Shown: positions 37,401 through 46,144 of the stretch, piece by piece
How positions within the stretch are numbered: the stretch's first letter is position 1
Layout of the letters: the number at the start of each line of letters is the position of its first letter
From: Verrucomicrobiota bacterium
GTDB lineage: Bacteria > Verrucomicrobiota > Lentisphaeria > Lentisphaerales > Lentisphaeraceae
Assembly: GCA_039798785.1 (NCBI GenBank)
Contig: JBDKFG010000002.1
Span: 32,001-96,000 of the forward strand
Length of the DNA: 64,000 bases
Direction: 5' to 3'
Notes under the pieces: model-generated
What the model saw: only the letters and a program-made list of their open reading frames with translations
Databases searched by the model: none
Told to the model about the DNA's origin: nothing
Program-made: the position numbers and the translations under genes

Positions 37401-38860
37401 TCAACGCCGAAGGGGAATTCGACCTCTCCTTCCAAGTGGCCAGAAGCTCGGAGAGTCTGACGGCAGGCAAGGCCGAAGGCTTCACCGATGGTTCTCTGCT
37501 GGTCCACTGGAGCGAGATCTTCAGCGATTCGAGAATCGAGATCCACGCTCGGATCTTCAGTGCGGACGGCTCGGCCTTGAGCAACGAACTGACAATTGCC
37601 GGCGCCGCGGATGCCGCATTCATTCCCTTGGCGCAGGGACGCTTCCTGGTCAGCTCGGTCACAGATGCCACTCTGAAACTCTACCAGTCCAACGGCAGCT
37701 CTGCGGCTGTGACGGTCTCCGGCAGCTTCAGCACGCCTCAGATCACGGCCTTGGCAGATGGCGGCTTCATCCTCTCGGGACAGAGCCAGAGCAATGCGGC
37801 GATCTTCCAGTTCCAGCGCTATGACTCCCTCGGCGCAGTCAAGGGCAGCAAGATCCAGCTGGTAGGTGACTCAGGTAAGATCGTCAACCTGAGCAGCGGC
37901 GGCTACGTCGTCCTGACTCAGATGCAGGATGACGAGCAGATGACCCACTACGAGCTGCATCGCTACAACGCCGCAGGCCAGGCGGTGGGCAGCAGCGTGG
38001 AATTGCTGCCGACACCCTATTCACCAGAAAATCCGGATGTCCTGGCAGATTCGCAGGGCGGTTTTGTCGCGGTGTACTCGGTGAACGATCACGGCATCTA
38101 CGCCCAGCACTTCAGCGACTCCGAAGCCGGGCAGTCCTTCTATGTCGGCGGCGCGGACAACCACCAGCCTATCGCCATCAAGCTCGCTGATGGTGGCTTC
38201 GCCGCAGCCTGGAGAGAATCGGACAGCGATCTCAACGCCCACTATTTCGCTCAGCGTTTCGAAGCCGGTGGCCAGCTGCGCGGTGAGAAAATCAGCTTCG
38301 ATACTCACGGTGAACTAATTGCACCTCACTTGAATGAGCTTGAGGATGGAAGCCTCTGCCTGTCGGGTCAAAGTGATTCGGTGCTGAGCCTCTTCCACGA
38401 GGTGGACGGCGGCGACATCGTCACCTGGCATGGCTTGTACGGAGCCGATCATATCAACGGCTCTGAGGCTGCTGACCACATCAGTCAGATCGGCAGTGGC
38501 GACGAGGTACAGGCGGGAGCCGGCAACGATCACTTCAGCTTGGCAGGAAGTGATTTCGTCAAGATCGACGGCGGCGAAGGCATCGACACTCTGGTGCTCA
38601 GCGCAAGCTTGGATCTGACCTCTCTAGCCGACTCAAAACTCAAGAATCTCGAAGTCGTCGACTTGGGGAGTGGAGCCACGCTGAGCTTGACCGCCGCCGA
38701 TGTCATCGCCATGACTGAGTCAGCTCATGCTCTTCGGGTGATCGGTAGCGGAAAGGTCGATCTCGACAGCGGCTGGACCGTAGAAGACCTGGGTGGCCTT
38801 GAGCGCTACACCAAAGATGGCGCCATGCTGCTGATCCAGCCTGAGATCCAAGTGATCTAA
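34436..38860 (+). CDS. large secreted adhesin-like protein: cadherin-like repeats, beta-rich repeats, RTX-like C-terminus
   Basis: FSLAD..AG.I.F.HDG repeats, LADADGLG.ISY.W modules, repeated L.DGGF motifs, AGAGND and GGEGID; GGAG RBS before MSSLSL. Confidence 0.85.
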   Translation: MSSLSLIVKPLSIVQGIAFKLSSALFTVGATDYTLSISVLGGSLYSNGSVVGASGSFSLADLKAGKITFLADGLSVPSFFFQAHASGFSDSTEVQPVLNYKAVNQAPVLSVPSLGSDAEILLKGGSLTITREMINATDAETPFAGNISFKIAKVTGGGFLLNGFAAKSFSLADIDASSVSFKHDGKLIAPAFTLTVSDSDGSASVAKSTSSSTVHFDGSHSAVAASTIPHEIAIKAPIALVEGATLKLSASNLPIVVSINVVPAANQGALVLRVEDSNHLTILVSGKSGPQESFTVAELKAGLVSIVHDGSQEAPSLNLSLLNGVTELDSLSVPFAFKTLNDAPTLSLNDLVFSQGPSLLLDRGLFNVADEETPDSLSGAFAFTIKSATGLEFHREGTQAPIKGFTLADVDNGLISVTRLVTQASDAAYSLSVADPAGKISGLANGTVVFNHLPTGTVSISGAGTTLREGQTLSANNSLADADGLGRISYTWKDQDGHVLGTGNTLTLTQAQVGGQVQVSASYVDGFGTAEAVNSAFSGTIQEAIVSPSGTLSVIGDAVLGNTLHARVSNLSDPAGLGTLLYTWKDQVGTLLGTGKNLYLGEDMAARQITASVSYVNGQGKMGSLSATSFTTSDSTMSSDEAKVLPLAESDRVSECVLADGTRILITSSPGAKQQGWLQVSLPNPDAFKAAVALPDGGFVLASRVSGKLQLQTYFEDGLVQGKPQLLSLAITDSQQIQLHHQANGDLIIDLWSSDSHGDYLSQSRLSDGKLSAVEGRIWPLQDGWVKIVTTDSIHFQAQIYHSDGSLGGTANLASEGSNYEVLPFADSGFLVKWDGSDSLMAQAFDAEGTATSAVFKTLYGVTQAAVLNDHSLVVIDGSNGTEIKVAEFAPDGSPRTHEVLRSENSGSLEFRSLVALPDGSYAIDYMDQGSSSQFKSKVFTPLSQHQDVVIGSEYQAGVAVPDPTGWMTLKIGSAIDQWRDTVLTAQHVNAEGEFDLSFQVARSSESLTAGKAEGFTDGSLLVHWSEIFSDSRIEIHARIFSADGSALSNELTIAGAADAAFIPLAQGRFLVSSVTDATLKLYQSNGSSAAVTVSGSFSTPQITALADGGFILSGQSQSNAAIFQFQRYDSLGAVKGSKIQLVGDSGKIVNLSSGGYVVLTQMQDDEQMTHYELHRYNAAGQAVGSSVELLPTPYSPENPDVLADSQGGFVAVYSVNDHGIYAQHFSDSEAGQSFYVGGADNHQPIAIKLADGGFAAAWRESDSDLNAHYFAQRFEAGGQLRGEKISFDTHGELIAPHLNELEDGSLCLSGQSDSVLSLFHEVDGGDIVTWHGLYGADHINGSEAADHISQIGSGDEVQAGAGNDHFSLAGSDFVKIDGGEGIDTLVLSASLDLTSLADSKLKNLEVVDLGSGATLSLTAADVIAMTESAHALRVIGSGKVDLDSGWTVEDLGGLERYTKDGAMLLIQPEIQVI

Positions 38861-38953
38861 GTTCAAATGCACTGCATGGGCTGGCCTTGTTGCCAGTCCA
38901 TGTGGGGCAGCCTCACCAATTCCCCCCTGCCAACCCGTTCCAGGACAAGAGCC

Positions 38954-39262
38954 ATGAGCTTCCCATGCGATCGCTGCGGATTGTGTTGTCGGCGTCTCGC
39001 CGGCCATGCTTTGTACCAAGATTTGGACCGGGGGGATGGCGTGTGCCGCAACTTCGACGAAGAGCTGAAAATCTGCCGGATCTATGAGTATCGCCCACTG
39101 TATTGCCGGATCGAGGAGAGCTACGAGCGGTACTTCCGCCATGCACTTGACCGTGAGACCTACATTTCGGTCAACATCGAGGCGTGCAACGCCCTCAAAA
39201 CAGAAGCTGGATTGCCGCTTCTGATCATGTCGTCATCAACCTCAACAGAACTCCAGGAGTAA
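38954..39262 (+). CDS. YkgJ-family cysteine-cluster (CxxCxxCC) protein
   Basis: FPCDRCGLCCR...GVC...CRIYEYRPLYC. Confidence 0.88.
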   Translation: MSFPCDRCGLCCRRLAGHALYQDLDRGDGVCRNFDEELKICRIYEYRPLYCRIEESYERYFRHALDRETYISVNIEACNALKTEAGLPLLIMSSSTSTELQE

Positions 39263-39265
39263 GCC

Positions 39266-39649
39266 ATGTTCCTCAAAGACCTCAATCCCCTCCAGCAAGG
39301 TGTTTTTCTGTCGCTGGCAGAGCAGGTTGCCAAAGCCGATGGCAAGCTTTGCTTCCTCGAAGCTGATCTCATCGTCCGATTGCAAGCCGAAATCCAACCG
39401 GGCATTTCCCCTGTCTGCGGCAGCAAGGCGCAAGCAGCTTACACCTGTAGCCGGAGCAAGCGCATCTGCCTCATGGAGCTGATCGGGATCGGCTATGCAG
39501 ACGGCGTCTATGACGAGCAAGAGCGTGCGACTATCGCCTCGATTGCCCAGGATCTGTGTGTCGACAAGCACGAGCTTCGCGAACTCGAATCGTGGGTCTC
39601 CCGCCAAATGGCGCTGATCTCCGAAGCCAAATCCATTCTGGAGGCTTGA
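39266..39649 (+). CDS. TerB-like protein
   Basis: Two TerB half motifs: VAKADG...E and IGYADGVYDEQE. Confidence 0.75.
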   Translation: MFLKDLNPLQQGVFLSLAEQVAKADGKLCFLEADLIVRLQAEIQPGISPVCGSKAQAAYTCSRSKRICLMELIGIGYADGVYDEQERATIASIAQDLCVDKHELRELESWVSRQMALISEAKSILEA

Positions 39650-39654
39650 CTCCC

Positions 39655-40644
39655 ATGCCACTTCCCTTCCTCATAGCCGGGGCGGTCATCGCCGCTGGTA
39701 TCGGCATCAAGAAAGGCCTTGACGCCAAAGAAGACTTCGATACAGCCGAAGCGATCAACCGCCGTGCTCAGCGCGATTTTGATGAGGCCCAGAAAAAGCT
39801 CCAGACCAAACGGCTGGAGGTCAATGAAAACCTTCAGCGCTTGGGGCGGACCAAGTTCGAAATCTACACCGTGACGATCCCCCGCTTTGTCGAGCTTTTT
39901 GAGAAGATCAAGAATGTCGAATTCAAGGATCTCTCGCTCAACGGCGAGGCATTGCCTATGACCCGTTCTGAGCTGAAGGATCTCAAAGCGATCACTCTGG
40001 CGGGCAAAGAGCTGGCCGTGGGTGGCGTCACCGCGCTCGGTGCCGGTGGACTGGCCGGACTGGCTGCCTATGGCGGCGCCTTGACTCTCGCTACCGCATC
40101 GACGGGCACTGCCATTGGCACTCTTTCCGGGGTTGCGGCCACCAATGCGACCCTCGCCTGGTTTGGCGGCGGCTCCATAGCCGCCGGTGGCCTGGGCATG
40201 GCGGGCGGAATGGCTGTACTCGGTGGCATCGTCGCCGGCCCGGTGCTCGCCCTCGGCGGCTTCATCTTGTCCGCCAAGGCCAAAGCGGCGATTGATGACG
40301 CCCGAGCCAACAGAGCGCAAGCCGAACTGGCGGTGGAACAAATGAACTCTGCCTGGGCGGTCGCGGACTCCATTCAGATTCGGGTCAATGAGTTCCAGCG
40401 AGTCCTCAGCATTTTGGATGCCCAACTCACGGAAATGACCCGAGGCCTGACCAAACTGGTCACTCGCTCCAGCGACTACAAGACCTACAGCCAAGCCGAG
40501 CGGGAATCCGTGATGGCGATCGTCCTGACCGCCAAGCTGATCAAGGACCTGCTGTGTGTCCATGTCATCGACGAGGCAGGCGCCACGACCCAAGAGTCCG
40601 CCAAGGCTCTCGCCGATACCCGCAAAGCCCTCGCGCTTACTTAA
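39655..40644 (+). CDS. coiled-coil protein with a long central glycine-zipper hydrophobic hairpin
   Basis: ASTGTAIGTLSGVAATNATLAWFGGGSIAAGGLGMAGGMAVLGGIVAGP flanked by helical segments. Confidence 0.8.
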   Translation: MPLPFLIAGAVIAAGIGIKKGLDAKEDFDTAEAINRRAQRDFDEAQKKLQTKRLEVNENLQRLGRTKFEIYTVTIPRFVELFEKIKNVEFKDLSLNGEALPMTRSELKDLKAITLAGKELAVGGVTALGAGGLAGLAAYGGALTLATASTGTAIGTLSGVAATNATLAWFGGGSIAAGGLGMAGGMAVLGGIVAGPVLALGGFILSAKAKAAIDDARANRAQAELAVEQMNSAWAVADSIQIRVNEFQRVLSILDAQLTEMTRGLTKLVTRSSDYKTYSQAERESVMAIVLTAKLIKDLLCVHVIDEAGATTQESAKALADTRKALALT

Positions 40645-40657
40645 GGACTACACCCCC

Positions 40658-42094
40658 ATGAATCCACATTCACATCTGAGAGATGTACTCGCGTCCAGTC
40701 TGGCAGACCAACGAACGCAAGCGCTGACACAAGCCGCCCAATCCGTTCTTGAAGACGCCGAGCTGCTTCGCGAAATCGGCAAATGCTACGCCAAGGTGGA
40801 TGTGGATTTAACCCAAGGGCGATTCTTCGAGGTCATCGAAGTTCTCAAATTCAATCGTGAGGCCGCCAGCCAACAAGTCGCGGAACAGGCCTTCACGACG
40901 GCTTCGCTTGGGCAACCCACGGCCCCGGCAGACATTCTCATCAAGAGCGCCAAGACCGGCGAAGTGCTGAAGGAGGTGCAGGCAAAATCCTACGGATCAG
41001 CCGCAGAATCCGTCAATGCCTTGCGTGCCCAGAAATATCAGGGCATGGATCTCCTGGCCCCTCAAGACCAGATCGACAAAGCGAAAGTTCTGGTGGGTAA
41101 ACGAGCCAACAGCGGCAGCATAAATGCTCCGCAGTATCAGGACATGGACAAGCGGCTGACTGGCGAGCTTAAAAGTGATCAGGTCGCTTCAGGAGGGACG
41201 ACCAGGTCGGAAGCCGATTGGGCCGCAGAACACCCCAAACTTGCGGCTTTGAAATTCGAGCTTGCTGCCATCGGCAAAGAGTGCGCCGTTGCCGGAATAC
41301 AGGCAGGAGCCAGTAGCGCCGTGATCAGCGGCGGCTTCTCCGCTATGCACAATAGCTTTGCCTTGCTCAAGGGGGAGAAGGATCTTGGGGCGGCCTTGTC
41401 GGACACCGCAACCCTGAGCGGCAAGGCCTTTGCGACTGGATTTTCTACAGGGGCCATGACCAAGGTAGTCGGCCACACGGCACGCGCCGCACTTCCCGCA
41501 GGAGCGGCCCATGGGCTTCTCAAAACCAATGCTCCCGCCGCGATTGCCGCCGGCGTGGTGCAGTGCAGCATTGCGCTCGGCAAATACATAAAGGGCGATA
41601 TCGAGTCAGAGCAATTGCTGGAAGAGGTCACATCCACCGCAGTCAACGGCAGCTTTATGTTTTACTACGGAGCACTCGGCACGGCACTCATCCCGATCCC
41701 GGTCCTCGGCACCCTCGTAGGCTCTCTCGCAGGCTATTTCATCTCGAATCTCTTCCTGCAGTCGGGCTTGGTTTCTCTGGGGCAATCACAAGTTGAGAAA
41801 GCGGCCGCAGAACGACGCCGGCAGATCGAGGAATTCTGCCACGCAACGATCCTTCGCATGCGCGAGGAAAGACTCCAGTTCGAATCTCTTGTCGCCGAAC
41901 ATTGCGCGGAACGCAAGGTGTTGTTCGATCAGATATTTGACGGCATGGAGTCAGCCATTCACTCCAACGAGCCCATGGCTTTTGTCAGTGGCCTCCAGGG
42001 AATTGCGGACGCCTTTAGCCAGCACCTGCCCTTCAAGACGTTCGAAGAATTCGACGGTTTCATGCAAGACGACTCGCTGGCTCTTAAACTTTAA
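40658..42094 (+). CDS. hypothetical protein: possible N-terminal nuclease-like motif plus Gly/Ala-rich membrane helices
   Basis: GRFFE...ADILI...EVQAK (E..D..QxK pattern); ALIPIPVLGTLVGSLAGY; C-terminal coiled coil. Confidence 0.75.
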   Translation: MNPHSHLRDVLASSLADQRTQALTQAAQSVLEDAELLREIGKCYAKVDVDLTQGRFFEVIEVLKFNREAASQQVAEQAFTTASLGQPTAPADILIKSAKTGEVLKEVQAKSYGSAAESVNALRAQKYQGMDLLAPQDQIDKAKVLVGKRANSGSINAPQYQDMDKRLTGELKSDQVASGGTTRSEADWAAEHPKLAALKFELAAIGKECAVAGIQAGASSAVISGGFSAMHNSFALLKGEKDLGAALSDTATLSGKAFATGFSTGAMTKVVGHTARAALPAGAAHGLLKTNAPAAIAAGVVQCSIALGKYIKGDIESEQLLEEVTSTAVNGSFMFYYGALGTALIPIPVLGTLVGSLAGYFISNLFLQSGLVSLGQSQVEKAAAERRRQIEEFCHATILRMREERLQFESLVAEHCAERKVLFDQIFDGMESAIHSNEPMAFVSGLQGIADAFSQHLPFKTFEEFDGFMQDDSLALKL

Positions 42095-42121
42095 ACCACA
42101 ACGAACTCTCCGGAGATCACC

Positions 42122-43621
42122 ATGAACAGCAAATTCCTTGGCATTGACCTCGGCACCACCAATTCCTGCATGGCCATCATGCTGCATGGCCGGGCGGAAG
42201 TCATCCCGAACGCCGAAGGCCATCGCAGCACTCCCTCCATCGTCGCCTTCACTGAATCTGGCGTGGAGCTCGTCGGCCAAGCTGCCCAGCGCCAAGCAGT
42301 CACCAACCCGCAAAACACCATCCATTCGGTGAAGCGCTTCTTGGGGCGCAAGTACGATGAGTTTAAGCACGAACTCCATTTCCTCCCCTACAAGCTTGTC
42401 AAAGCCGCCAACGGTGACGCGCATATCGAAGTCAAGGGGCAGGTCTTCTCTCCCATGGAGATCTCCGCCAAGATACTGAAGAAACTGAAGCTGGACGCTG
42501 AAGCCCACATCGGAGAAATCATCTCCAAGGTCGTGATCGCGGTTCCTGCGCACTTCGATTACGCCCAACGCCAGGCCACCAAGGCAGCCGGGCGCGTTGC
42601 CGGTTTCGAGACCACGTGCATCGTGAGTTCTCCAGTCGCTGCGGCAATCGCCTATGGACTCGACAAGAAGAAGGACGAAAAGATCTGTGTCTACGACTTA
42701 GGCGGAGGCTCCTTCAATGTCGCCGTCCTCGAACTTGGCGACGGGGTCTACGAAGTGAAGGCGACCAGCGGTGACACCTACCTTGGCGGCGATGATTTGG
42801 ACGGCGCGATTGTCCACAGGCTGATTGTTGATTTCAAGAGCGAAACTGGCATCGATCTCAAGCAAAACGCCTGTGCCTTGCAGCGGCTGAAAGAAGCTGC
42901 CGAGAAGGCCAAATGCGAGCTCTCCCTTGCTTCCTCCACGGAGATCAACCTGCCCTTCATCGCAGCCGACTCATCAGGCCCCAAGCACCTCACTCAGACA
43001 CTCACCCGAGCCAAGCTTGACGAGCTTGGCGGTATCTTGATCGAGCGCACTATCTTCCCGGTAAAGCAATGCCTCAAGGACGCTGGTCTCAGCTCAGACG
43101 AACTCGATGCGGTTCTCATGATCGGCGGCATGAGTCGCATGCCCAAGGCCATTGAGGCCGCCAAGTCACTCACCGGCAACAAGCCGCATGGCGGCGTCAA
43201 CCCAGATGAAATCGTCGCCATTGGAGCTGCCATCCAAGGCGGCATTTTCAAAGGCGAAGTCACCGATGTCCTATTCCTGGATGTGCTCCCGATCTCCATC
43301 GGCGTCGAAACCCAGGGTGGCGTCTTCACCAAGATGATCGAGCGCAACACAACTATTCCCACCAATAAAACTGAGGTCTGTTCTTTCCCTGTCAACGAGC
43401 AGAATGAAGTCGTCATCGACGTGTTCCAGGGTGAAAGAGCGTTGACGGCCAACAACACAAATCTCGGAACACTGCGCTTGAAACGGGGCATGCCATCCGC
43501 CTTCGAAGGAGCACCGACAAGCGTCAAAATTGAAGTGACGATGGACATTGATGCCCATCAAACCATCTATGTGACCGCCAAAGATCCACGTTCCGGGCAG
43601 GAACAGCGAATCATCATTTAG
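42122..43621 (+). CDS. dnaK: atypical Hsp70/DnaK paralogue (lidless, with substituted catalytic residues)
   Basis: GIDLGTTNS, TPSIVAF, LGGDDLD, QRLKEAAEKAK, NPDE.VA.GAA; ends after the substrate-binding beta domain. Confidence 0.9.
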   Translation: MNSKFLGIDLGTTNSCMAIMLHGRAEVIPNAEGHRSTPSIVAFTESGVELVGQAAQRQAVTNPQNTIHSVKRFLGRKYDEFKHELHFLPYKLVKAANGDAHIEVKGQVFSPMEISAKILKKLKLDAEAHIGEIISKVVIAVPAHFDYAQRQATKAAGRVAGFETTCIVSSPVAAAIAYGLDKKKDEKICVYDLGGGSFNVAVLELGDGVYEVKATSGDTYLGGDDLDGAIVHRLIVDFKSETGIDLKQNACALQRLKEAAEKAKCELSLASSTEINLPFIAADSSGPKHLTQTLTRAKLDELGGILIERTIFPVKQCLKDAGLSSDELDAVLMIGGMSRMPKAIEAAKSLTGNKPHGGVNPDEIVAIGAAIQGGIFKGEVTDVLFLDVLPISIGVETQGGVFTKMIERNTTIPTNKTEVCSFPVNEQNEVVIDVFQGERALTANNTNLGTLRLKRGMPSAFEGAPTSVKIEVTMDIDAHQTIYVTAKDPRSGQEQRIII

Positions 43622-43637
43622 TTGAGCCAGTTGAGCC

Positions 43638-43823
43638 ATGCCCATCCCCCGCAATCTCCGCTTCTTCCGCCTTTCCTGTCCGTCCTGCGGCTGGGAAGGA
43701 GAGGAAGTGCGGCGGAGCTGGCCTTGGAGCCCTGTTTCCGACTGGCTGCGGCGTAGATGGGGCCGATCCTGCCCTTGCTGCGGCAAAAAACTGAGCGTGT
43801 ACAGGCAGGAAGTGAGGTTCTGA
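43638..43823 (+). CDS. small Zn-ribbon protein
   Basis: CPSC...CPCC. Confidence 0.45.
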   Translation: MPIPRNLRFFRLSCPSCGWEGEEVRRSWPWSPVSDWLRRRWGRSCPCCGKKLSVYRQEVRF

Positions 43824-43955
43824 GGACCTGTACAGGGCTCAAGATGTAGATCATCGGGCTTCACGCCTATATCCCCCTGATGAAGTACCTGGTTATTCCC
43901 GTGATTCACGAGAGTCCGGGGAAAGAGAGAGAACCAGTCATCAGAGGAGGATATC

Positions 43956-44294
43956 ATGAGCACGAAATCGGAAGACTTCGCCTTCTGGAAGAGTCAGCCG
44001 CGAGAGGTGGTCTGCCCGCGCTGCCAGAAGACCATGCAGTTGACCTGCAAGTGGCGACAACGAGGAGCTGTCGCCGGAGCCATCGGCGGCGCAGCCATGG
44101 CCTATTCCGGTGCCCGAGCTGGCGCCAGCATCGGCTCCTGCCTCCTGCCGGGCCTGGGAACCATCGTCGGCATGGCCACCGGAGCGCTTGTCGGCGGGCT
44201 CACGGGAGCCAGCATCGGTGAGGCGATAGACCGCGACTTCATCGCCAGCTACAAATGCCTCGCCTGCGGCTGCACCTGCCGTCTAAACGACTGA
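43956..44294 (+). CDS. glycine-zipper protein bracketed by two CxxC pairs
   Basis: CPRC, GxxxG repeats, CLAC; GAGGAGG RBS. Confidence 0.75.
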   Translation: MSTKSEDFAFWKSQPREVVCPRCQKTMQLTCKWRQRGAVAGAIGGAAMAYSGARAGASIGSCLLPGLGTIVGMATGALVGGLTGASIGEAIDRDFIASYKCLACGCTCRLND

Positions 44295-44375
44295 ACCCCA
44301 TCCAGCTCCATGCCAGCCTCGTTCCCTCGCGGGAACGGGGCTGTTTCATGCCGTTTTCAAGCAAGGAGATCCCGC

Positions 44376-44603
44376 ATGTCCGCCATCCACGCCTTGATCG
44401 TCGTCGTCGAGGTCTCCGACGCCCGCAACCAGCGATCCCAAGAGACCATCGTCTTCCGCCGCCGTGGCGAGCAGCAGATCGTGCCCTGGAACTCCATCCG
44501 CCGCCGCCTCAAACGGCGCTGCCCAGAGAAACTCCTGTGCCGACTCATCACGAGCTATCCCTCGTGGATCTCGCCCCGCAACAAAGCCGTCTTCACCACC
44601 TGA
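44376..44603 (+). CDS. hypothetical protein
   Basis: AAGGAG RBS before ATG. Confidence 0.55.
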   Translation: MSAIHALIVVVEVSDARNQRSQETIVFRRRGEQQIVPWNSIRRRLKRRCPEKLLCRLITSYPSWISPRNKAVFTT

Positions 44604-44641
44604 TCTCACCAAAACCCAACCCCAAACAGGAGTCATCCGCC

Positions 44642-46144
44642 ATGAAAATCGACCACAAAACCGCTTTGCTTCTCAAGGTAGCCTTCGCCAAGGTGATCCA
44701 GCCGCTCAAGCTGCCGATTTTCGGCAAGTTGGAATGCGGCTTCGGCCCGCAAGGCGTTCGCATCCGTGCCTGCAACATGGATGAATCGCTGAGCTTCTTC
44801 CATCCAGTCCCCGAAGCTGAGGAGGCCCAGTTCCTCATCGCCTATCAGCAGCTGCGCAGCTTCATCGAAACTCTCGGTCGCAACGAAGGTCTGGAGATCT
44901 GTGTCGCCGCCGAGGCCATCGAGCTGAACCGCGTCCTTGCCGATGGTCGCAGCATCGCCTTCGGTCGCCTTGCCAAGGAACCGGGAGAGCTACCGAATCG
45001 CGGCGAAGAGATCGCAGTCAAGGACTGTCCTATTGGCGAGATCCTGAAGGGCTACCAGGCCTGCGCTTTTGCCTGCGTGGACGATGCTTCTGGAGGACGA
45101 CCGACACTTGGCGGCGTTTTCCTCGATGCCGTGAGAAAGTCAATTGTCGCCGCCGATGGCCATCACCTGATGATCCAAAGCTGTCCGGATCTGCCGAGCT
45201 TCTGCGAAGAGAATCTGGTGCTGCCTCTGACCCGTTCTCTGCTCAGTTCGTTTATGACCGAAGCCCAAGGTGGGATGGGTGTGAACGGTTACTGGGTCCG
45301 CGTCGTCAGTGGCCCTTGGGACTACCGTTGCAAACGCATCGAAGGTCAGTTCCCCACCTACCACAGGGTCATCCCTGCCGGCTTCAAACATCGGCTGGAA
45401 TTGGGCCTGCATCAAGAGAATCTTGACCGCGCCTTGCGGGAGCTCTTCGCCCTGCATCCGAAGGAAGAGACGGTCTATCTGGCCTTGCATCACGGACACC
45501 TCTTTCTCCTCGCCGGAGGCAAAGAGATCCGCTACCGCGAAATCGCTCTGCTGCCCAAGTTAGCTGAGATGAATCTGATCTTCGCATTCAATCGCCACTA
45601 TTTGGCCAACAGCCTCAAAGCCTGTCCGAGCTTGGTCTTTTGCTGCGATGATTCCAGCACCTCGCCGGTGCAATTCGAATCCGTCCAAGAAGGCCGCCGC
45701 TACCTGCTGGCGCCGATGCACGGCGACCACAAGGCGCTGATCGCCTTCCTGAACGAGAAGCTGCCTGCCTCAACTGAAGTCCCCCAGCCACTCCAATCAC
45801 CCGCCATCCCCACAACCCAACAGTCTGAGGAGAAAGCCATGAGCACCACGAAAGAACCCGAAATCCCCGTTGTCAGCGTCACTGCCAACCCCGAGGAAGC
45901 CCCCGCCAACGAAGTCCAGAAGGAAGGCCTTGAGGCCATCTACGACAAGATCGAAAAGCTGATCGAGAAGCAGCAGGAGGCCCGCAAAGGACTCGTGGAA
46001 GCGCATCGCGCCGTACACTCGACCCAGTTCCAGCTCAAGCTGCTGATCAAAGACCTGAAGGCCTACGAGCGCGGCCAGAACCGCCGACTCAAGGAAGTCC
46101 GCAAGGTCGAAGAGCTGCTCTCCAGCCTGCACAAAGCCGCATGA
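44642..46144 (+). CDS. DNA polymerase III beta-clamp-like protein with a C-terminal coiled-coil extension
   Basis: RPTLGGVFLD, IVAADGHHL, RIEGQFPTYHRVIP, FAFNRHYL, YLLAPM; AGGAG RBS. Confidence 0.75.
   Translation: MKIDHKTALLLKVAFAKVIQPLKLPIFGKLECGFGPQGVRIRACNMDESLSFFHPVPEAEEAQFLIAYQQLRSFIETLGRNEGLEICVAAEAIELNRVLADGRSIAFGRLAKEPGELPNRGEEIAVKDCPIGEILKGYQACAFACVDDASGGRPTLGGVFLDAVRKSIVAADGHHLMIQSCPDLPSFCEENLVLPLTRSLLSSFMTEAQGGMGVNGYWVRVVSGPWDYRCKRIEGQFPTYHRVIPAGFKHRLELGLHQENLDRALRELFALHPKEETVYLALHHGHLFLLAGGKEIRYREIALLPKLAEMNLIFAFNRHYLANSLKACPSLVFCCDDSSTSPVQFESVQEGRRYLLAPMHGDHKALIAFLNEKLPASTEVPQPLQSPAIPTTQQSEEKAMSTTKEPEIPVVSVTANPEEAPANEVQKEGLEAIYDKIEKLIEKQQEARKGLVEAHRAVHSTQFQLKLLIKDLKAYERGQNRRLKEVRKVEELLSSLHKAA

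Noticed and set aside
42122..43621. Housekeeping dnaK locus
   Set aside because: No grpE, dnaJ or hrcA nearby; the lid is missing and key residues are changed
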